Shown piece by piece: positions 9,077-18,779 of a stretch of DNA of 50,476 nucleotides. This stretch comes from a virus. Lineage: Duplodnaviria > Caudoviricetes. The position numbers were made by a program, and so were the translations under genes. Position 1 is the first letter of the stretch. Each line of letters opens with the position of its first letter. Location: the IMG/VR virus record IMGVR_UViG_3300003635_000005, positions 1 to 50,476 of that record. One strand, written 5' to 3'. The notes beneath the pieces were generated by a model that ran no database searches, was not told the origin of the DNA, and saw nothing but the letters and a program-made list of their open reading frames with translations.

Positions 9077-10528
9077 ATGGTGACATGGGAGGTCTTAGTT
9101 GAGGGCACCGCCGTGGACGCTCTCGTTGACGTAAAGCCGAAAGGGTCCGACGAGGGCAACCTCGCACGAGCGCAAGTTGTGTGTGGCAACACTCCCGCCA
9201 ATCGGGCAATCCAATCCGCGGACGAGGTGCTTATCAACAAAAACGGCACCGAGGAGTTTGACGGATCCGTGGTGAAAAAGCCCACCACCGGAGACAAGGG
9301 AGACTTTCTTGAGTTGGTGGTGGCCGACGAGAGAGCCGAGTTATTTTATGAGGAGGTCCACCGTCCGTTTTACGATATGGACACCGGCACGCTGGTGGAG
9401 GAGGCAATCCTCCAACGTGCTCAAACCCTCAACTCCGTCACCGTCCACGCGGGTGACGAGTCCGGGAGCGAGTGGGATAGTGACGTGCCGGTGTTTGAAA
9501 AGTGCGGTTTCACCAGCAAGCGATACCGTGACCGAGGCACGGATCTAATCTTTTGCGGGTGGCGTGAGGGGGCCAGCGGGGAGTATAGCGTCACGTATGA
9601 CTCGGTGCCCGCCGCCGCAATCCCCGGTGAGGGTCAAATCTCTCGGCTCAAGACTCGGTTGCTGGCCAACAACACCGGAGACCAAATTAAGGGAGAGTTG
9701 GAGTTGACCGACAACGCGGGCAAGACGTATGTGTGGACGCTCCCGCGGCTCAACTCCAACTTTGAGACTTTCAACCTCCGGGCCGAGGACGCCACCACGT
9801 CCGCCAGCATTGGGAGCGTCAACGGATCTCCGGGCACGCTTGAGTATCGGTTTGCTCTCGGCGGTGAGTTGAGTGAGCCGCGGGCCGTGCTCATTGACTA
9901 TGCCGAGACGCTCCCGTTTAGCCTTGAGAGCCGCAACACCTCGCTCACGGCCACCGGCGTGCAAACCACGGGCCGCACTATCAACCGCCGGTATGACGCC
10001 ACTATCATGGAGTTGCTCAACGAGTTGAGCGAGGAGGACGGCTTTACCTCATACGTGGAGGAGGATGACCTCAAGTATGAGCCGAGTGGGCAAACCGTGG
10101 CTCCAAAGTCCATTGACTTTGACGGCGGCACGCCGGTGGTGGACTATTCGGTGGAGCGGGATTATGACCGGATTGTAAACAAGTTGACCGTGCAAGGGTC
10201 CGGTGATATTCAAGTCACGGTGCAAGACAACGCCAGCATTGAGTTTTACGGACTCTCACCCCGCGAGGAGCAACTCGTTGACAAGGAGATCCAAACCAGC
10301 GGGGAGGCTCAACAACGCGGTGAGCAAATCCTTGATAGTGAGGCGTGGCACGAGAGTGCGCTCTCGTTTTCGGTGGCGGACTCAACGTTTAGTGACGTGC
10401 GAGTGGGTGAGGCAATCCAAATCACGTGGCCTCCCGATGACGTGGACGGTGAATTTATCGTATCGGGCAAGGAGATTGACAACCGTGGCATAGTGACGCT
10501 CACGGCCACCGGATCCACGGAGACCTAA
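9077..10528 (+). CDS. Baseplate hub / tail tip protein
   Basis: N.LTV.G, D..SI..YG..E and ...GE.I.I motifs of hub proteins; position. Confidence 0.65.
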   Translation: MVTWEVLVEGTAVDALVDVKPKGSDEGNLARAQVVCGNTPANRAIQSADEVLINKNGTEEFDGSVVKKPTTGDKGDFLELVVADERAELFYEEVHRPFYDMDTGTLVEEAILQRAQTLNSVTVHAGDESGSEWDSDVPVFEKCGFTSKRYRDRGTDLIFCGWREGASGEYSVTYDSVPAAAIPGEGQISRLKTRLLANNTGDQIKGELELTDNAGKTYVWTLPRLNSNFETFNLRAEDATTSASIGSVNGSPGTLEYRFALGGELSEPRAVLIDYAETLPFSLESRNTSLTATGVQTTGRTINRRYDATIMELLNELSEEDGFTSYVEEDDLKYEPSGQTVAPKSIDFDGGTPVVDYSVERDYDRIVNKLTVQGSGDIQVTVQDNASIEFYGLSPREEQLVDKEIQTSGEAQQRGEQILDSEAWHESALSFSVADSTFSDVRVGEAIQITWPPDDVDGEFIVSGKEIDNRGIVTLTATGSTET

Positions 10529-10529
10529 C

Positions 10530-11384
10530 ATGGGATTTACAGACAGCACCCTCACGGAGGAGAAAAAGTTGATTTGGGCCGGTCTCAAGCGTGCTCAACA
10601 AGACTTTAACACCGGCTCCACGGAGTTGAGCAAGATTGAGTCCAATATCTCATGGGCCACCTTTCAAGGCCACCTTGACGCCTATGATATTGACGAGGAC
10701 GGCAATGACGAGGACATAACTTCATACCCGGAGTTTAAGACCTATCTCGGCCTTGAGCACGGGTTTACCACCGAGGAGCAAGACGCCTTTGTGGAGAAAA
10801 TCAAAGCCTCGTTTAGTGACGAGGACTCAAGCGGCACCTCATATGACGAGTTTGAGGACTATGTGGAAAATGAGGCCACGTCTTTCTCCCAACTCACCAA
10901 TCAGTTTAGCACCACCACCACGTTTGCCACCGAGACAAAGACCGAGGACGGTGAGCCGGTGGCCGGGATACGGGTGCATGACTCGGCGGGTGTCTCATAC
11001 GCTGGCGTGCCGGTGGAGCCGGGCACCACGGAGGTGTTTGGCCGGCGGGTGGAGTTTAGTCAACAAGCGCCACCGCGGGCCGAGGACGGCACCATATCGT
11101 ATGCCAACCTCACCACCGATGACCCCGACAACGTGGTAAACGTTTTTGCCAACGTTGAGATCTCGGCGGACGTGACCAACTCCAACACCGGAGACCGCCG
11201 CGTGACGGTCTCGCTCACCGAGGACGGGAGCGTGGTCAAGGAGAAAACGATTGAGATTAACGGCGGAGCCACCACAACCGTCTCCTTTACCGTTACCAAA
11301 GGGGAGTATGTGTGCCGTGATTACTCAATTGGTGGACTCGGGCCGGTGACGGTTTGTTGGGCACCGTCCGGGTTGCAAGTATAG
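10530..11384 (+). CDS. Tail-associated protein with C-terminal Ig-like (CARDB-like) domain
   Basis: V.ISADVTN.....V.L..DG......I..G.TTTVSF pattern. Confidence 0.5.
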   Translation: MGFTDSTLTEEKKLIWAGLKRAQQDFNTGSTELSKIESNISWATFQGHLDAYDIDEDGNDEDITSYPEFKTYLGLEHGFTTEEQDAFVEKIKASFSDEDSSGTSYDEFEDYVENEATSFSQLTNQFSTTTTFATETKTEDGEPVAGIRVHDSAGVSYAGVPVEPGTTEVFGRRVEFSQQAPPRAEDGTISYANLTTDDPDNVVNVFANVEISADVTNSNTGDRRVTVSLTEDGSVVKEKTIEINGGATTTVSFTVTKGEYVCRDYSIGGLGPVTVCWAPSGLQV

Positions 11385-11397
11385 AGGTGATTTAGGT

Positions 11398-12390
11398 ATG
11401 CCACAAATCACGGAGCAAGTTGCGAAAAATCGAGAGAGCACGCGGCGGCTTGACGGGAGGTTTGTTGACCTCCCGGAGACGGCCAACCGCAATCTCTCAT
11501 TTGCCCGCAACACCATAGAGATCTCCGTCACCATTGAGATATACAAGCGGAGCCTCAATGACTCGCTTATCTCGGGCCACCCGGATCCGTCTCACGGGAG
11601 TGGCCGAGGCGTGGCCGGAGACGTGCGTGGCTCATGGTCCGCCGTGAGCACCACCACCCAAAGCGCACTCTTTGTCCGTGCTGGCCGCAACGCCGTCCGT
11701 GACTCGCTTGATGGACAAGCGGGAGCGGTGCGTGAGGGTGCCGTGGGCACCTCGTCCACGGACGCCTCGGTTGGAGATACGGCTCTCGCGGCGGAGACCG
11801 GGAGCACGCTGGCCTATGGTGTCAAGGACGCCGGCAACGTCACGCGGGCACGCTCCAACTATCTCTTTGCCGAGGACGGCCTCGGGAGCACGGACGCCGT
11901 GGAGTTTGGTGTTAAGGACGAGGATGACCGGCTCCTCGCACGAGTCACCACGGACGCCGTGGACGTGAGCGAGAGTGAGGAGTTGCGGGTGGACATATCG
12001 TTGGAGGTCAACGGCTCCGGCGTGGGTAACTCCGTCATCACCAATGACGGTGAGGCGGCCATTGCGGACTCGCTCCGTGCGATTGGAGACGTGGTGGGTA
12101 TCAACGAGATCCGCTTTGGCACCGGCTCCACGGCGGCCAGCAAGTCGGACTCGGCCCTCGGCAACGAGGAGTATGCTCAAAACGCACTCCGCACGCTCTC
12201 CAACGAGTCCATAGCGGCGGAGGTGGTCACGGACGCCTCGCAACCGTCCACGCAACCCGTGGATCTCACGGAGATTGGCGTGTTTGACAACGCCAGCACG
12301 CCGCGGCTCTTGTGGCGGACCACCATGGATCCGTTGGAGAAAACGGACGCTTTCGGCTTTCGCACAACGGTCTCTTTCCGCATAGTGTAA
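11398..12390 (+). CDS. Tail/baseplate protein with duplicated domain
   Basis: Two copies of G..A..D.L....G.GT......DT.L..E...E.G..D....L. Confidence 0.55.
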   Translation: MPQITEQVAKNRESTRRLDGRFVDLPETANRNLSFARNTIEISVTIEIYKRSLNDSLISGHPDPSHGSGRGVAGDVRGSWSAVSTTTQSALFVRAGRNAVRDSLDGQAGAVREGAVGTSSTDASVGDTALAAETGSTLAYGVKDAGNVTRARSNYLFAEDGLGSTDAVEFGVKDEDDRLLARVTTDAVDVSESEELRVDISLEVNGSGVGNSVITNDGEAAIADSLRAIGDVVGINEIRFGTGSTAASKSDSALGNEEYAQNALRTLSNESIAAEVVTDASQPSTQPVDLTEIGVFDNASTPRLLWRTTMDPLEKTDAFGFRTTVSFRIV

Positions 12391-12470
12391 CCTCGCACTA
12401 TCTCACACTCCGGTATCTTTATGGTCTCCCCTACTCAAGGAGTAGTATGGTGAGCCAAACCATGTCCGAC
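12389..12470 (+). repeat. Cassette promoter/leader repeat, copy 2
   Basis: 12409-12469 identical over 61 bp to 35435-35495. Confidence 0.95.
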
Positions 12471-12812
12471 AAGACCGAGACCGCAACCACGCTCCCCGGA
12501 GCGTGCGCTCTCCTCAACGAGGAGCACGAGATACCCGCCGCACTCGCGGAGGCCCTTGACTCGCTTGACGTGCCCGCCGGAGCCGCCGGTTGCAACGGGT
12601 GCGTGGCCGCCAGCATGGACGAGGCGTTTGTCTATTACGTGGCCCAAAGCGAGGAGCACGTGGAGCGTCCGCGTTATATCAAATTCCACGCCGATGACGA
12701 GGCCGACAAGGCGGCCCTCGCTGGCCAACTCGTCCACGCACTCAATGACGCCGGCCTCGGGGTGGAGTGGGGTGGAGACCTCGGCACCGCCGTGAGGGTC
12801 CACTATGAGTAA
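12447..12812 (+). CDS. Cassette cargo protein, hypothetical (alternative start 12462)
   Basis: Starts MVSQTMSD within repeat copy 2; CxxC. Confidence 0.7.
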   Translation: MVSQTMSDKTETATTLPGACALLNEEHEIPAALAEALDSLDVPAGAAGCNGCVAASMDEAFVYYVAQSEEHVERPRYIKFHADDEADKAALAGQLVHALNDAGLGVEWGGDLGTAVRVHYE

Positions 12813-13173
12813 GCAAGAGCGAGTCCGTGAGGATCTCGGTGCGTGCAACGCTGGTGACGTGCTCCGCCTCACCACCGATGACGGAGAGGCATACAAGGCG
12901 CACGTTGTGGACTCGGTGGACTATATCCCCGGTGGCTCCGGTGAGGGCCACTTGTCCACCTCCCTTGAGTTGGACACCGAGGAGCACGCCGTGCCCGAGG
13001 ACTTTGATACGTGCTCCGTCTCGCTCCACGCCAGCGAGACTTACACCGAGTGGCGTGACGTGACCATTGCCGTTTGGGAGCCGGAGGTGGACGAGTCCGG
13101 CCATATCACGGAGGACCATTACCGCTCCCTCGGCACCGTCACGGACGTGGAGGTGGTGGAGCGCCATGAGTGA
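12805..13173 (+). CDS. Cassette cargo protein, hypothetical
   Basis: Acidic ORF overlapping the upstream stop; GDVLRL pattern. Confidence 0.7.
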   Translation: MSKQERVREDLGACNAGDVLRLTTDDGEAYKAHVVDSVDYIPGGSGEGHLSTSLELDTEEHAVPEDFDTCSVSLHASETYTEWRDVTIAVWEPEVDESGHITEDHYRSLGTVTDVEVVERHE

Positions 13174-13297
13174 GTGCCGCAACGGGCAAGAGCGGTGCGG
13201 CGGCCCGTGGGGTGCGGATCTCCCGTGCTTTGCGTGCTACATGGACCGTCACCGTGCGCTCGTGCCCGTCTCCTCGGCCAGCACCGAGGCCGCTTAA
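13166..13297 (+). CDS. Cys-rich microprotein
   Basis: 43 aa MSECRNGQERC..CFAC; overlapping start; T-run follows at ~13315. Confidence 0.55.
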   Translation: MSECRNGQERCGGPWGADLPCFACYMDRHRALVPVSSASTEAA

Positions 13298-13330
13298 GTA
13301 GTAACTAACCCCGTTTTTTATCGGCGTGAG

Positions 13331-13363
13331 GCAAACCTCTTTGTGAGAGCGCCGGCCACACTC
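13331..13363 (+). promoter_or_regulatory. Conserved restart (putative late) promoter L2
   Basis: 32/33 identical to 3683-3715; same spacing to the ATG. Confidence 0.8.
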
Positions 13364-13367
13364 CTCT

Positions 13368-14930
13368 ATGCCAACCGCTCCGCAATTTGAGTGGCCGCAA
13401 GGGGAGCCACTCTTTGAGACGCAATGGAGAGCCGTCACCGAGTCCCTTGCTGGCAACGGCGTGCTTGACAACGGAGACCTCGCACTCACTCCCGGCACGG
13501 CCAACCGTGAGGTGGCCTATGCCGCTGGTGACGTTTACTATGTGGCCACCACATACAACGAGACCGCCGGGAGCGTCACCGTCTCCGCTGGTGACGGCAC
13601 CAATGACCGTTGGGACACCATTGCGTATGATACGGCCACTCCCGGCGTGGAGGTCAAGGAGGGCACGCCAGCGGCCAACCCGGAGCCACCGGACGTGGAC
13701 GGCGGGGAGATCCTCCTCGGCGTGGTGTATGTGCCGCAAAACTTTGATGACGTGCTGGCCTCCTCGCAAATCCTCAATTGGCGTGGCCGAGTCTCCAACG
13801 AGGCCGGTGAGGTGCTATATCAAGACTCAACGGGAGTGTATGGTGTCAACAACGTGGACGCCGCGTTGGACGAGTTGCAAGAGGCGGCCCAAATCACCTC
13901 CTATCCGCTTGACCTTGACGTGGACACCGACATGGACGCAAGCGGCACGGACCTCACGGACTCGTCCGCCGCCGTCACGATATGGGACGCCTCGGCGGTG
14001 GAGGTGCCACAATCACAACTCGGTGGCCCGGCCTCCTCGCTTTCGGCCTATCCACTTGCTCCGGCAACGGATCTCAACGTCAACGCATATCCCTTTGCTC
14101 TCGCGGACCTTGCAAGCCCCTTTGGCCTCCCGAATATCACGGACATGGACGCCGCGGGCACGGATCTCACGGACTCAAACGTTGGAGAGACCATTTGGGA
14201 CACCTCCGCCGGCCTCGTGCCGCGTGCGGTGGTGGACCCTAAACTCCGCCAATCCACACTCTCCTCGGCCACGCTTACCACCAGCGGTGAGGAGATTGTC
14301 CACGTGGACACCGCCACGATTGCCGCCACCAGCACCGTTACAATTGCCTCCGCGGACATTGAGGCCGGGAGGGTCATACGTATTGATGACCTTACCGGAT
14401 CCGCCTATACGTATCCAATCACGGTGGCCACCGAGGGGAGCGAGACAATTGACGGATCCTCAAGCGTCACAATCAACCGTGATTATGGTGGGGTTGTCCT
14501 CACGAGTGACGGCACCAATCTCTCCATAGAGCACCAATACCCGGAGCGGGAGCCTTTACAAGAGGTCTTTAGCGGTGCCGAGACCGGCAATGTGCCAGCG
14601 GGAGAGCAAGGTGTCCTTGCCGTCACCTCGCTTGAGCCGGACGAGACCATTGAGATATACCGTGCCGTCCTCACCACGGACACCGTGGAGGCCGTTGCCA
14701 CCGGCGTGGACCTTGAGTTGGTGACGTTTAACAACGCCGGATCTTTCTCCTCACGGGCCACGCTGGCCGCCGGAGACGGTGCCACAATCTATGATGACGA
14801 GACGGGCAACCCACTCGGCTCATACACCAATCCCGGCACGTCCGCGGTTAGTGCTGGCGTGATTGTGGACAATACACTTACCACAAGTGTTGAGATTGTG
14901 AGCGAGGCCCACGGGAGGACCGGCCTATGA
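13368..14930 (+). CDS. Tail fibre protein
   Basis: 520 aa; NV..ALDELQ coiled segment, two TDMDA.GTDLTDS....IWD repeats, I.....ETIDG.....I...YG motif. Confidence 0.7.
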   Translation: MPTAPQFEWPQGEPLFETQWRAVTESLAGNGVLDNGDLALTPGTANREVAYAAGDVYYVATTYNETAGSVTVSAGDGTNDRWDTIAYDTATPGVEVKEGTPAANPEPPDVDGGEILLGVVYVPQNFDDVLASSQILNWRGRVSNEAGEVLYQDSTGVYGVNNVDAALDELQEAAQITSYPLDLDVDTDMDASGTDLTDSSAAVTIWDASAVEVPQSQLGGPASSLSAYPLAPATDLNVNAYPFALADLASPFGLPNITDMDAAGTDLTDSNVGETIWDTSAGLVPRAVVDPKLRQSTLSSATLTTSGEEIVHVDTATIAATSTVTIASADIEAGRVIRIDDLTGSAYTYPITVATEGSETIDGSSSVTINRDYGGVVLTSDGTNLSIEHQYPEREPLQEVFSGAETGNVPAGEQGVLAVTSLEPDETIEIYRAVLTTDTVEAVATGVDLELVTFNNAGSFSSRATLAAGDGATIYDDETGNPLGSYTNPGTSAVSAGVIVDNTLTTSVEIVSEAHGRTGL

Positions 14931-15967
14931 GTCCACCACTAAACCCAATTGGTGATATTGCAACACCCGGATTAAATGAAAATCTCCCTATTGAAACCGT
15001 CACGTGGGAGACCACAAGCGATTGGGATAACGCCGTGAGCGAGGAGGCCATGGAGCACCCGAGTGGCACCGTCCAACAAACTCCCACCGAGGACGGTTTT
15101 GAGGATCTCACGAGTAGTGACTCGGTGCCCTCCGGGTGGAACCCCGCCACCGGAAAAAGCATTGATGACAGCACGACAACGCCGTTTGGGAGCGTTTCAT
15201 TATATAGCAACACCGACGTGAGTGGTGCGGCATTAGAGGCAACCGGACTAAGCCATGCACCCTCACAAATCACCTTTGCTTACCGGGAGACCTCAACACA
15301 AGGCGGACATCAATATTACATAGAAAACGGGAGCGGTCAAGTAATATGTCACTTTGGCACCGGCAACCCGGAGGTTGGTGTTGAGTCCGGGAGTGGTGCG
15401 TATTGCCTTGAGTCCCTTCCTAACCCGGATTATGGTGCCTTTAGGAGATTTACGGTGACGTTTGATTGGCCCAATGACCAATTTGACATATTGTGGGAGG
15501 ACATAGAGGGATCCACGGGAGACCGCTCCCGTGCGGGCCTATCTTTTCTCAACTCCTCAAGCGAGATTGGATATGTTGCCGTGGGCAACAACTCGCTCCG
15601 GGCCTCAGACTTTTGCTCGGCAAATCCGGGTAATTGGAGTGACGGTTGGGTGGACGAATTGTATGGGGTGCCGGTCTCGGGCACTCTCACCACGGCCACA
15701 AAGTCGTTTACCGGACCCACCCAACCGGACCTCCAAAATCTCGCTTACTCCCTCAACACCGGCAATATCTCGCTGGATATAATCGGCTCTCCGGGCACCG
15801 GGAGCGAGGAGATAGTGACGCAATCCCTTGACGGAGCAACGTCATATACCCTCACGTGGTCCGCCTCGCATGAGGACTTTCGGGTAAAACTCAATCACGA
15901 GTCACCGGATAGGGAGTTGGCCAATATCCCCACGTTGAGCCGCGTGGAGTTGCAAGGTGAGGTCTAA
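14927..15967 (+). CDS. Putative adhesin/receptor-binding protein
   Basis: After fibre gene; beta-rich centre with atypical codon use. Confidence 0.55.
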   Translation: MSPPLNPIGDIATPGLNENLPIETVTWETTSDWDNAVSEEAMEHPSGTVQQTPTEDGFEDLTSSDSVPSGWNPATGKSIDDSTTTPFGSVSLYSNTDVSGAALEATGLSHAPSQITFAYRETSTQGGHQYYIENGSGQVICHFGTGNPEVGVESGSGAYCLESLPNPDYGAFRRFTVTFDWPNDQFDILWEDIEGSTGDRSRAGLSFLNSSSEIGYVAVGNNSLRASDFCSANPGNWSDGWVDELYGVPVSGTLTTATKSFTGPTQPDLQNLAYSLNTGNISLDIIGSPGTGSEEIVTQSLDGATSYTLTWSASHEDFRVKLNHESPDRELANIPTLSRVELQGEV

Positions 15968-16668
15968 TGCCGTTTGTCTTTGAGGAGGGTGAGCAAGTTG
16001 TGTCTGGTGCCGAGGGCACTAACAACTATGAGTTTATAGAGGGCACGCCACTCACGGATCTCGGTATCTCCACGCTGGTGTTTGTGAGCGGCACGGGGAT
16101 TGGTGGCTCTCAAATCACGGTCAACGGCACCGACGTTGGCTTTTTCGAGACCGCCGAGAGTCCGGCGGAGTTTATCAATTTCACCGAGTCCGCGCAAATT
16201 GGTGCTCAAGGGTTAGTTGACGCCGGGATAATTGACGATTATCAAACATCGGCGGGAGGAGACGCTCATATGTGGGTCCACCACTCCACCACTCAAGACA
16301 TATGGCACATTGGGTTTTGGTCTCCGCCGCAATCGGCCTCAATCACGACACACAACGGATCCGCTGGTGTTTACAACAACCCCGGAAACCCCGAGTTGAA
16401 AGAGGACGAGGCCAGCGGGGTGGAGTTTACCACGGACGCCGATGGAGACGCCTTGCATAATCTCATTACGGGTGGGACGGAGGGAGACCACGTTGGATAT
16501 TACTTTGACCCCTCCACGCCGGCCACTATTGAGATTGTGTCACAAGATGACCCCAATGAGCCGGAGGGCACGCCGTCCGACATTGATTTTGATGGACCGG
16601 ACGAAAAGGTGACGGTGCCGTATCCCGTGGAGTTGGGTGACTTGACCATTACGCTGGCGGTTGGCTAA
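15967..16668 (+). CDS. Hypothetical tail-region protein
   Basis: 233 aa, translationally coupled to the upstream gene. Confidence 0.6.
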   Translation: MPFVFEEGEQVVSGAEGTNNYEFIEGTPLTDLGISTLVFVSGTGIGGSQITVNGTDVGFFETAESPAEFINFTESAQIGAQGLVDAGIIDDYQTSAGGDAHMWVHHSTTQDIWHIGFWSPPQSASITTHNGSAGVYNNPGNPELKEDEASGVEFTTDADGDALHNLITGGTEGDHVGYYFDPSTPATIEIVSQDDPNEPEGTPSDIDFDGPDEKVTVPYPVELGDLTITLAVG

Positions 16669-16720
16669 TCCCGGTCTCCGTGAGCGGGATTTATCGTTGA
16701 GGGCCATTAGGTGTCACTTA

Positions 16721-17203
16721 ATGGTTGAGACGTGGCAAATTGTCGTATTGGCCGCCGGTATCCTTGTCACGGTCCTCACGGTTTACGGCGGGATTATCAA
16801 AATTGTGTATGACTCGGTGACGCAAATGCAAACCCGCTTTTTTGGGGCCGACAAGGACGGCACGGATAGTGGATTTGTGGGTGAGACACAAGAGCGCATG
16901 ACGGATCTTGAGAAAGGCCAGCAATCAATCAAGCAAGAAAACCGTATGCAATCCCGGTTGATGACCTCCATTGCATACGGTATTGAGGACTTAACGGCGG
17001 CATTGGACAAAAGTGACGAGGTGGAGGTGGACCTTGACCACGTGCGGGTGAGGGACGATTTTATGCGAGGCGGGGAGGAGGAGCGTGGGGAGACGCAACG
17101 GCGGGGTGGCGGTGGCGGTGACGGAGATCCGGCGGCGGACGGTGGACGCTCTCTTGAGGAGCCGGAGACGTGGCCGGCGGCTCCGTGGCACGGTGACGAG
17201 TAA
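16721..17203 (+). CDS. Membrane protein with coiled coil (possible lysis function)
   Basis: N-terminal hydrophobic helix; at the end of the tail module. Confidence 0.55.
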   Translation: MVETWQIVVLAAGILVTVLTVYGGIIKIVYDSVTQMQTRFFGADKDGTDSGFVGETQERMTDLEKGQQSIKQENRMQSRLMTSIAYGIEDLTAALDKSDEVEVDLDHVRVRDDFMRGGEEERGETQRRGGGGGDGDPAADGGRSLEEPETWPAAPWHGDE

Positions 17204-17232
17204 CCAGCACTTGCCATGAGTTATGGTCTCAC

Positions 17233-17283
17233 TATCTCACTCTCCGGTAACTATAAGGCCCAACAATCTCATAGGGTGAGATA
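17233..17283 (+). promoter_or_regulatory. TATCTCAC-class promoter with downstream inverted GTGAGATA
   Basis: TATCTCAC tct CCGGTA acTATAAG ... GTGAGATA (17276-17283). Confidence 0.75.
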
Positions 17284-17325
17284 AGCGAGAGCGGCGGCCC
17301 GAGACCGTCCGCCTCGTGGAGACCA

Positions 17326-18471
17326 ATGGCAAAAGGAGACCAAACGCCGTTTGCTGGCCTCGTGGCCGGTGACGGCACCGATATGCCCGAGTGGTATAGT
17401 GAGCGCCACGGCGTGACCGTGGCCGAGGATCCGCCGGACCTCCGCACCGTTGTGGAGGGCCTTGAGTCCGTGACGGACGTGACGGCGGGATACAAAGACC
17501 CCGATACGGACGAGTGGATTGAGGTGCCGCGGCGGCGTGCCGTGGTCAACCCCGAGTGGTTGGGAGACGGCCTTGAGGAGGTCAACCGCGGAGACGCCTT
17601 GTGGCAATTTGCGAGTGACCAATACACTCCCGTGACGCCGGAGGATATGTGGGGGCCGCTGGTGAGCGTGGCCCGCCGCATGGATCTCTCGGTGTATGGC
17701 GTGGTGACGGAGCGCCGTCACGGCGGTGAGGTCCACGCGGATCTCGTGCTCCCGGACTTTCGGTTTGACGTTGGTGAGGACACCTATGTGCTCACCTATG
17801 AGTCCGGGTTTAGCCATTACGGAGACCAATCCCTCTATTACTCCGTTGGAGCGGTCAACGAGCGCACCGGCTCCATGTATCGTGGCATGACGGACAAGGA
17901 GACGTGCCCGCACCGCGGCTCCGCCACGGACAAGGTGGCGGCGTGGTGGGAGGACGGCCTCAATCGTGCCGAGGAGGCCACCAGCACTCTCGGCTCCGTC
18001 ATGCGTGAGGCCATGAGATACACCGTGCCGCTCAAGGGTGAGGGTATGCCCTACAATCTCGGTGGATTCTTTGAGGCGCTCAAGTGGCCGGACGCACTCG
18101 GTGAGGCCGCCGCGGCGCACGTCAAGGAGACCAACACCGGCGGTGCGGAGCCGGAGGAGGCCACCGCACTTGCGCTCTATGAGGGCATGGCGGCGGCCAT
18201 GACCAACGAGTATGAGGGCAAGACCGGCGGGTATCACCTCAAGCGGCTCAATCGCAAGGCCAACAAGGTGCTTTTCTCCCCTCCCTCGGCGGAGGCTCAA
18301 GTCATCAACTATTGGCAAACCCAACTCGCGGAGCAAGAGACGTTGGACATGGAGGAGCGCCAGCACAAGACGGCCCTCGGTGAGAGATACGGGGATACGC
18401 AAGCCGCGGTGGAGCACTATCGTGACACCAAAGAGCAACTCAAGGAGATCCTCAACGAGGCCGGAGCATGA
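17326..18471 (+). CDS. Hypothetical protein, possibly DUF932-like
   Basis: 381 aa; R.A.V.P...SD.Y.PV pattern is reminiscent of DUF932; not verified. Confidence 0.45.
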   Translation: MAKGDQTPFAGLVAGDGTDMPEWYSERHGVTVAEDPPDLRTVVEGLESVTDVTAGYKDPDTDEWIEVPRRRAVVNPEWLGDGLEEVNRGDALWQFASDQYTPVTPEDMWGPLVSVARRMDLSVYGVVTERRHGGEVHADLVLPDFRFDVGEDTYVLTYESGFSHYGDQSLYYSVGAVNERTGSMYRGMTDKETCPHRGSATDKVAAWWEDGLNRAEEATSTLGSVMREAMRYTVPLKGEGMPYNLGGFFEALKWPDALGEAAAAHVKETNTGGAEPEEATALALYEGMAAAMTNEYEGKTGGYHLKRLNRKANKVLFSPPSAEAQVINYWQTQLAEQETLDMEERQHKTALGERYGDTQAAVEHYRDTKEQLKEILNEAGA

Positions 18472-18779
18472 CCGGACTCTCCGCCGAGACCGCACCCACG
18501 GTTGACGACATACGGCATGACCGCGTGACTAAGTTGTGGCTCAAGTGCCCGGCGTGCCGGACCACGCACGTCCGGTGGCCAAAGGACATGGAGGCCAGCG
18601 AGGGCCTCCCGGAGAATAACCTCATTGAGGAGGTGCTTGAGTGCTACTTTTCGCACGAGTGGACACCGGACTCGTGGGAGGAGGCCGACAAGGCCGGCCT
18701 CGTGCCGGACGTGGCCAGCGAGGAGGAGACGGACCCCGCACTTGCGGAGCAATACACCGATGACGGAGACAACCAATGA
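18468..18779 (+). CDS. Hypothetical CxxC protein
   Basis: ATGA overlap; CPAC. Confidence 0.65.
   Translation: MTGLSAETAPTVDDIRHDRVTKLWLKCPACRTTHVRWPKDMEASEGLPENNLIEEVLECYFSHEWTPDSWEEADKAGLVPDVASEEETDPALAEQYTDDGDNQ

Noticed and set aside
12312-12446. Upstream extensions of ORFs 12312, 35377 and 42363 giving a shared YLT.RYLYGLPYSR peptide
   Set aside because: This is the translated promoter repeat; true starts are the ATGs downstream of the TATA box.
13920-14215. Tail fibre internal repeats as a diversity-generating retroelement template/variable pair
   Set aside because: No reverse transcriptase; differences are not adenine-specific; these are ordinary in-frame protein repeats.
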